Below, one piece after another: positions 27,808 to 32,000 of a stretch of 32,000 bases of DNA; position 1 is the stretch's first letter, and every line of letters starts with the position of its first letter. This DNA comes from Methylotuvimicrobium sp. KM2. GTDB lineage: Bacteria > Pseudomonadota > Gammaproteobacteria > Methylococcales > Methylomonadaceae. Location of the stretch: the NCBI RefSeq assembly GCF_038051925.1, contig NZ_CP150634.1:4730864-4762863 (forward strand), read 5' to 3'. Under the pieces are notes generated by a model. It had not been told where the DNA came from and did no database searches. It was given only the letters and a program-made list of their open reading frames with translations. The translations under genes were made by a program, and so were the position numbers.

Positions 27808-29718
27808 TTACATCACGAAGTATAACCTTGAATAAAAACAAGCCGTATGCTGTACCGAGTCGACCCTAACCCATTGACGAGTTAGTTTAAAACGAAAGCT
27901 GTTTATGCTTTTTTCCGGATATAAATGCGCATATGTCGATTCCGCTGTATGTCGGGTATACATAAGGCCCTTGGCGGACGCGATCATTGCCGCCATTATT
28001 TTGTCGGCACGCTTCTGTTCCCCCAGATAGGTCGACAGATAATATGCGGCAATTAAGCCCTCGCAACGCGAACCGTCGTGATAAACATGGTCGCCATAGT
28101 AATAATAGAAGCCTCCAGCATAATCTAAATAGGGCGAGTTCTCATCTGTATAACTATGTTCGATCATGGCATTCGCATCATTAAACACAAAGTCGATATA
28201 GCTATTTTTGCGAAAACCTTCGACCTTAACCCATTCCTCGATCGCTTGCATTAGCCAAGCATCGGCGGGTAACTCCAAAAACAATTCCTTGTATTTTACG
28301 GGCCGGATGTCCACTAAAAAATCCAGCGCTTTTTCGCTTTTTTCGGCGATTTCTTTTTTTAAATCGTCATCGATCCGATCGATCCACTGGTAGTATAGAG
28401 TCAGTCCCAATAAGGCTTCGCCCGGATAATAAAAAGAGAATAATTGTCTTTTGATATCATCGGGCGGGTCGATGATCGGCTGGCCTTGATTGAATAACGG
28501 GTGAATGTAATAACCGATCATTTCGCCGTCGTCGGCGATTCGAGACAGAATATGTCGAACGAGACCGTCGATAGTGAGTCGATAGGCTTCATCGCCGGTA
28601 TGCCGGTAATAATGCATCAGCGCGACTAGTGCAACGCCCGCGCCGCCGAGTTTCGATTTTTTATTGTCGAACGGATAGCAGGCGTAGCGTCCTTGCCACT
28701 CGTGTTCTCTGAGTGTCGAAAACAGATATTGCATCGAATGGCCAGCGGCTTCGAGATAATCGTTGCGTCCGGTTAATTCATAACCGCGCAACAGCGAGAT
28801 AGTTCCGCCGCAATGACGCAATATGTTGTTATACAAAGGATCGGCCATTTTGGGGTGATCGAAGTCTACTTTCGTATCTTGATAAGCGTCGTAAAAATAC
28901 AAAAAACTGCCTTCATCGTTCATGTTGGCGACGAGCCAATCGATGCTTTTCAATGTACTTTCAAGCAAGGTTTCTTTGTCGAATCGAACTTTGCTAATCG
29001 GATAACCGCGATAAAGCGGTAAGATTTCTCGATCGGTATAGCTGATGAACGCAATACTTTTGATCAAACTAGAAGATACCGGTTCGCTTCGCATTAGTTT
29101 TTCGCGAACTGAAAACCGGTTGGATTGTTTCGCGATGCCGGTTTTTTTCGCGAGGAAACGCAGCAGTTGTGAGACGGACATGATGCTATGCACGACGGCG
29201 TCGGTCGGCATAAAGTAGCGTAATACGCCTTTATATTCGTATTTGATGCCGGTAATGCCCGGCTCGAAACGGCTGTCGCAAAACGTCGACCCGGTTAACG
29301 ATTTCAGCGGGCACGGGCGCTCTTCGGTTACCATCTCAAACAAAATCCGGCACTGATTGGCGTCTTGAACGGCAAAGTCGGAAAGAGCAGGGTTGGTTTT
29401 GAGTTTTTCAACGATACGTTGCAATGTAGCTTCGATCGTTGCTCTTCTAGCCCCCCAGCGTATCGGTTTCAAACCTTGTTGAAACAGCGAAATGTAAATC
29501 TGCGAAATAGCCGGATCGAATGGCAAGTCAAGGTCAGTCGTTGAAAAAGCGCTCTCTCCGGAAATTAATGCCTGACGGATGTCGTTCAATAACCGATGTT
29601 CCGCCGAAAAGTCCGTTTTGCTATGAAATGCTCGGTTTTGATCTGCCATGAGTGAGTTTTGTGCATCGAAGGGTGGTTTGATTGTTTTTTTGGACAGACT
29701 TAGAGTCTGTCGGTCCAC
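27808..29718 (-). CDS. Large cytoplasmic protein of unknown function, possible (alpha/alpha)6-barrel C-terminal domain
   Basis: 636-aa ORF, with no signal peptide or TM helices seen. Aromatic/Gly-rich motifs KLGGAGVALVALMHYY, FYYPGEALLGLTLYY and GGFYYYYGDHVYHDGSRCEGLIAAYY. The start is uncertain: GTG 29718 or ATG 29649. Confidence 0.6.
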   Translation of the reverse strand: MDRQTLSLSKKTIKPPFDAQNSLMADQNRAFHSKTDFSAEHRLLNDIRQALISGESAFSTTDLDLPFDPAISQIYISLFQQGLKPIRWGARRATIEATLQRIVEKLKTNPALSDFAVQDANQCRILFEMVTEERPCPLKSLTGSTFCDSRFEPGITGIKYEYKGVLRYFMPTDAVVHSIMSVSQLLRFLAKKTGIAKQSNRFSVREKLMRSEPVSSSLIKSIAFISYTDREILPLYRGYPISKVRFDKETLLESTLKSIDWLVANMNDEGSFLYFYDAYQDTKVDFDHPKMADPLYNNILRHCGGTISLLRGYELTGRNDYLEAAGHSMQYLFSTLREHEWQGRYACYPFDNKKSKLGGAGVALVALMHYYRHTGDEAYRLTIDGLVRHILSRIADDGEMIGYYIHPLFNQGQPIIDPPDDIKRQLFSFYYPGEALLGLTLYYQWIDRIDDDLKKEIAEKSEKALDFLVDIRPVKYKELFLELPADAWLMQAIEEWVKVEGFRKNSYIDFVFNDANAMIEHSYTDENSPYLDYAGGFYYYYGDHVYHDGSRCEGLIAAYYLSTYLGEQKRADKIMAAMIASAKGLMYTRHTAESTYAHLYPEKSINSFRFKLTRQWVRVDSVQHTACFYSRLYFVM

Positions 29719-29726
29719 AAAGCAGG

Positions 29727-29751
29727 AATGAGCCGCTCGGAGCGGCTCATT
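29727..29751. other. Perfect 12-bp-arm inverted repeat (hairpin) between the PEP-CTERM gene and the 636-aa gene
   Basis: aatgagccgctc g gagcggctcatt, with no flanking U-tract. It ends 8 nt upstream of the GTG at 29718. Confidence 0.35.
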
Positions 29752-29834
29752 AGTTTGGGATAGTTTATCGCGTGTATTTTATTGGGCTTTTCTCTGGAGT
29801 TTATCGAAGCGATGAAAGTCGATGATGTAGCCTG

Positions 29835-30425
29835 TCAACTTCTTTTTAGCCGACGCGAATAAGTTAAAAGAAAGCAGGCTAACCCCAGGCTCAATAGAAC
29901 CGAAATATGAGGTTCAGGCACCTGCACGCTGAATTGACTGATTGTTGTAATTCCGGCTCCGAATTGATCGTCTATGGTTTTTTGTCGAAATCCGAAAATA
30001 TCGCCTGCATTGACGAAGAAGTGGGTTTGGCCGGTTTGTATAAAATCGCCTTGGTCGTTAGTGAGCAGGAAAAAGACATCGTTGTGCAAATAGCCGAATG
30101 GATCCCATTGAGGGCCATCGATATCGAATGTTTCATAGGACCAATAGAATGAGACAAAACCGGAAGCGGCCGCCATGATAGTGAGGTCGACATCAATCTG
30201 ATCTTGTGTACCTAAATCTCTTTGATCGGATGATGTTAAAGTCACAGAACTAAAGCCGTTGAAATCAATGGAACCATTACCGGCGGTAGTGGTTGCCGTC
30301 CAATTAGCCGGGCTATACGGACCGGTAAAATCGGAAATCAACGCGGCTTCAGCAGGAATGAATGCCATGAAGATTAACAACGTGATCAATGCCGTACATT
30401 TGTAGAACCGATGCTGGATTATCAT
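29835..30425 (-). CDS. Secreted PEP-CTERM sorting-domain protein
   Basis: Signal peptide (LITLLIFMAFIPAEA). The C-terminal VPEP-HISVLLSLGLACFLLTY-SRRLKRS is a PEP motif, TM helix and basic tail. Confidence 0.85.
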   Translation of the reverse strand: MIIQHRFYKCTALITLLIFMAFIPAEAALISDFTGPYSPANWTATTTAGNGSIDFNGFSSVTLTSSDQRDLGTQDQIDVDLTIMAAASGFVSFYWSYETFDIDGPQWDPFGYLHNDVFFLLTNDQGDFIQTGQTHFFVNAGDIFGFRQKTIDDQFGAGITTISQFSVQVPEPHISVLLSLGLACFLLTYSRRLKRS

Positions 30426-30617
30426 TTAATCTCCCATTTATGAAGTAACAAATTGGTTTACAACTAGAGAACCTATCAAGGCGTAGCCGGATTATCTGCG
30501 AGATAATTCGCAATATTCCAATTGAATGGTGCTAGTCAATAATCGCATGGACTCCGCAGGCGACCATTAACTTTTCAGAATGATCGACTACGGAATATGA
30601 GCTTACAAGGTCATTAA

Positions 30618-32000
30618 TTATTCCGGATCCGGTTCTAGGCTATCGGGTAAATCGAAGCCGTTTTCAAAAGGATTAAGCGGGTCGTCCATATCGGCGTTAG
30701 AAGTTCTAGGGTCGTTATCGCTCATGAACAAATCGTCTCCATCATCCAACAGGTCTTCGAGACTTAAAGTCTTGCCGCTGTTGCCTTGATCGAAGTTATC
30801 GCTGTTTTCTGCATTATTGTTGTCTTCGGAATTGCCCGGAGCATCTTGGTCGCCGTTACCATGACCGTTGTTGCCTTGCCTATTGCCGCCGCTGTTGCCT
30901 TGGCCGGAGTTGTCGCTGTTTTCAGCATTATTGTTGTCTCCGGAATTGCCAGGAGCATCTTGATCGCCGTTGCCGTGACCATTGTTGCCTTGCCTGTTGC
31001 CATTGTTATCCTGATCGGAATCCTCTTCATCACCATTATCAGGTTCTTCGTTGTTAATGACATTTTGAGTTTTGGCGGACTCGTCGGTTTCATCAGCAGT
31101 AGAGCCTTCTTCAGGCATTTTGCTTTCTTCATCCTGATCTGGCTCGTGGTCATCCGGGGTATGATCGGAATTATCCGGTTCTTCATTGTCAGTGGTGTCT
31201 TCACCGTCAGACAAATCTTGATCGACCTCATCAGATTGCTCATCCTCAGTCACATCTTCATCATCGGTGGACTCCTCTTTTTCTTCGGTCGAATCTTCGT
31301 CTTCTGCAGTGGGATCAATTTCTTCGCCCGAAAACTCTTCATCAAAAGTGGTTTCCTCAACCTGTATTACTTCGTTATCGCTAACTTCATAAGTAGTAAT
31401 CGTTTCATTCATCATACTTACAGCCGCATACTCTTGAGTCTCTCCATCTGTAATGCAACTGTTATCCGGATCGGCATCGAAACCTAGATCGATAAAGTGT
31501 TGAAGCGAGAAAGTACGCCCAATAACTTGGCCTCCAGGATTAGTCGTCCAACCATCGGTAGTAGTCGATTGTCCTGTTTGGTCGTAATGCCCCGGTCCGG
31601 CTTTGATGATGATATCAGTTACTTCGCCCCATTCCGTATTATTTTCAATAAATTCGGCCAATGATACGGCGATAGCAACATTGCTAAATTCAGGGCTACT
31701 TGGAAACTCGACTTTTCTTATCCCACTAGTATTTCCAGTATCTAGATTGTAGGCAATATACGAAATTGCGTGAGGCAATTCGCAGTCATCGTCCGTGTCT
31801 GTATCAGAATCCGTATCGGTATCGGTATCCAAGTCCGTGTCGGTATCCGTGTCGGTATCCGTGTCGGTATCCGTGTCGGTATCCGTGTCTGTATCGGTGT
31901 CCGTATCCGTATCCGTATCGGAATCCGTGTCCGTATCGGTGTCCGTGTCTGTATCGGTGTCGGAATCCGTGTCCGTATCGGTATCCGTGTCTGTATCTGT
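30618..32000 (-). CDS. Highly acidic repeat protein with an N-terminal (Thr-Asp)n tract; 5' end runs off the window
   Basis: The frame stays open to 32000. The M at 31832 in the track is an internal TTG (Leu). The sequence reads ...TDTDTDSDTDTD...DDDCELPH, then a globular segment of about 150 aa, a D/E-rich region, and two 38-aa repeats (GNRQGNNGHGNGDQDAPGNS.DNNNAENSDN). Confidence 0.8.
   Translation of the reverse strand, partial: TDTDTDTDTDTDSDTDTDTDTDTDTDSDTDTDTDTDTDTDTDTDTDTDTDTDTDTDLDTDTDTDSDTDTDDDCELPHAISYIAYNLDTGNTSGIRKVEFPSSPEFSNVAIAVSLAEFIENNTEWGEVTDIIIKAGPGHYDQTGQSTTTDGWTTNPGGQVIGRTFSLQHFIDLGFDADPDNSCITDGETQEYAAVSMMNETITTYEVSDNEVIQVEETTFDEEFSGEEIDPTAEDEDSTEEKEESTDDEDVTEDEQSDEVDQDLSDGEDTTDNEEPDNSDHTPDDHEPDQDEESKMPEEGSTADETDESAKTQNVINNEEPDNGDEEDSDQDNNGNRQGNNGHGNGDQDAPGNSGDNNNAENSDNSGQGNSGGNRQGNNGHGNGDQDAPGNSEDNNNAENSDNFDQGNSGKTLSLEDLLDDGDDLFMSDNDPRTSNADMDDPLNPFENGFDLPDSLEPDPE
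30777..31004 (-). repeat. 114-bp tandem duplication (2 copies) inside the acidic protein gene
   Basis: Units begin with gctgttgccttg at 30777 and 30891. The period is 114 bp (38 codons) and the copies are roughly 85-90% identical by eye. Confidence 0.8.
31835..31894 (-). repeat. 12-bp in-frame tandem repeat (4 perfect copies plus 1 imperfect) within the (Thr-Asp)n coding tract
   Basis: ccgtgtcggtat occurs four times (31835-31882), followed by ccgtgtctgtat. Confidence 0.85.

Noticed and set aside
30786-31487. A 233-aa hydrophobic plus-strand ORF and a 159-aa minus-strand ORF (30764-31243) inside the acidic protein gene
   Set aside because: These are frame or antisense artefacts of the repetitive GAY/GAR-rich coding sequence. 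The Ile/Val/Phe-rich product is the complement reading of Asp/Glu/Asn codons.
31785-32000. Non-coding microsatellite or an assembly artefact at the window end
   Set aside because: The repeat keeps a single open frame (GAY ACN/TCN codons) that is contiguous with the downstream globular coding sequence. Synonymous variation between units argues for a genuine coding dipeptide repeat.

Overview
This 32-kb window looks like proteobacterial chromosome. Hand counts on a few 60-nt lines put the backbone near 50% GC. I support about 27 protein genes and a dense load of small non-autonomous repeats.

Left third: a secreted Dabb-barrel protein (partial), a TrkH/TrkA-type K+ uptake pair, and a complete nine-gene N-ATPase operon. 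The operon has the diagnostic order atpD-C-Q-R-B-E-F-A-G, no delta subunit, and a c subunit with an E30 / E63-S-T-x-x-Y ion site. It is tightly packed except for a 395-nt gap between atpB and atpE. That gap is filled by a nested-hairpin repeat whose sister copy lies just downstream of atpG.

Middle: a translationally coupled Aer-type PAS protein plus an MCP with a C-terminal CZB domain (bipartite energy-taxis type), a glycine-zipper lipoprotein, ybbP-ybbA divergent from tesA, and a GlcG-like protein.

Right of centre is the most interesting locus. A GC-rich [NiFe]-hydrogenase small/large subunit pair without a Tat signal carries its own maturation endopeptidase. It overlaps a coiled-coil-3xPAS-GGDEF-EAL gene. 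This is a candidate H2-to-c-di-GMP sensing module (group 2c-like), a class defined only from genomic context.

Right end: a lower-GC block with a TPR-GT41 (OGT/SPY-like) glycosyltransferase, a COG4627-type methyltransferase, a 636-aa unknown protein, a PEP-CTERM protein, and a very acidic protein whose (Thr-Asp)n tract runs off the window.

Three MITE-like repeat families are present. One has two 134/134-identical inverted copies, each with a 12-bp CTAG-centred target duplication. I recognised no rRNA, tRNA, CRISPR array, transposase or integrase.
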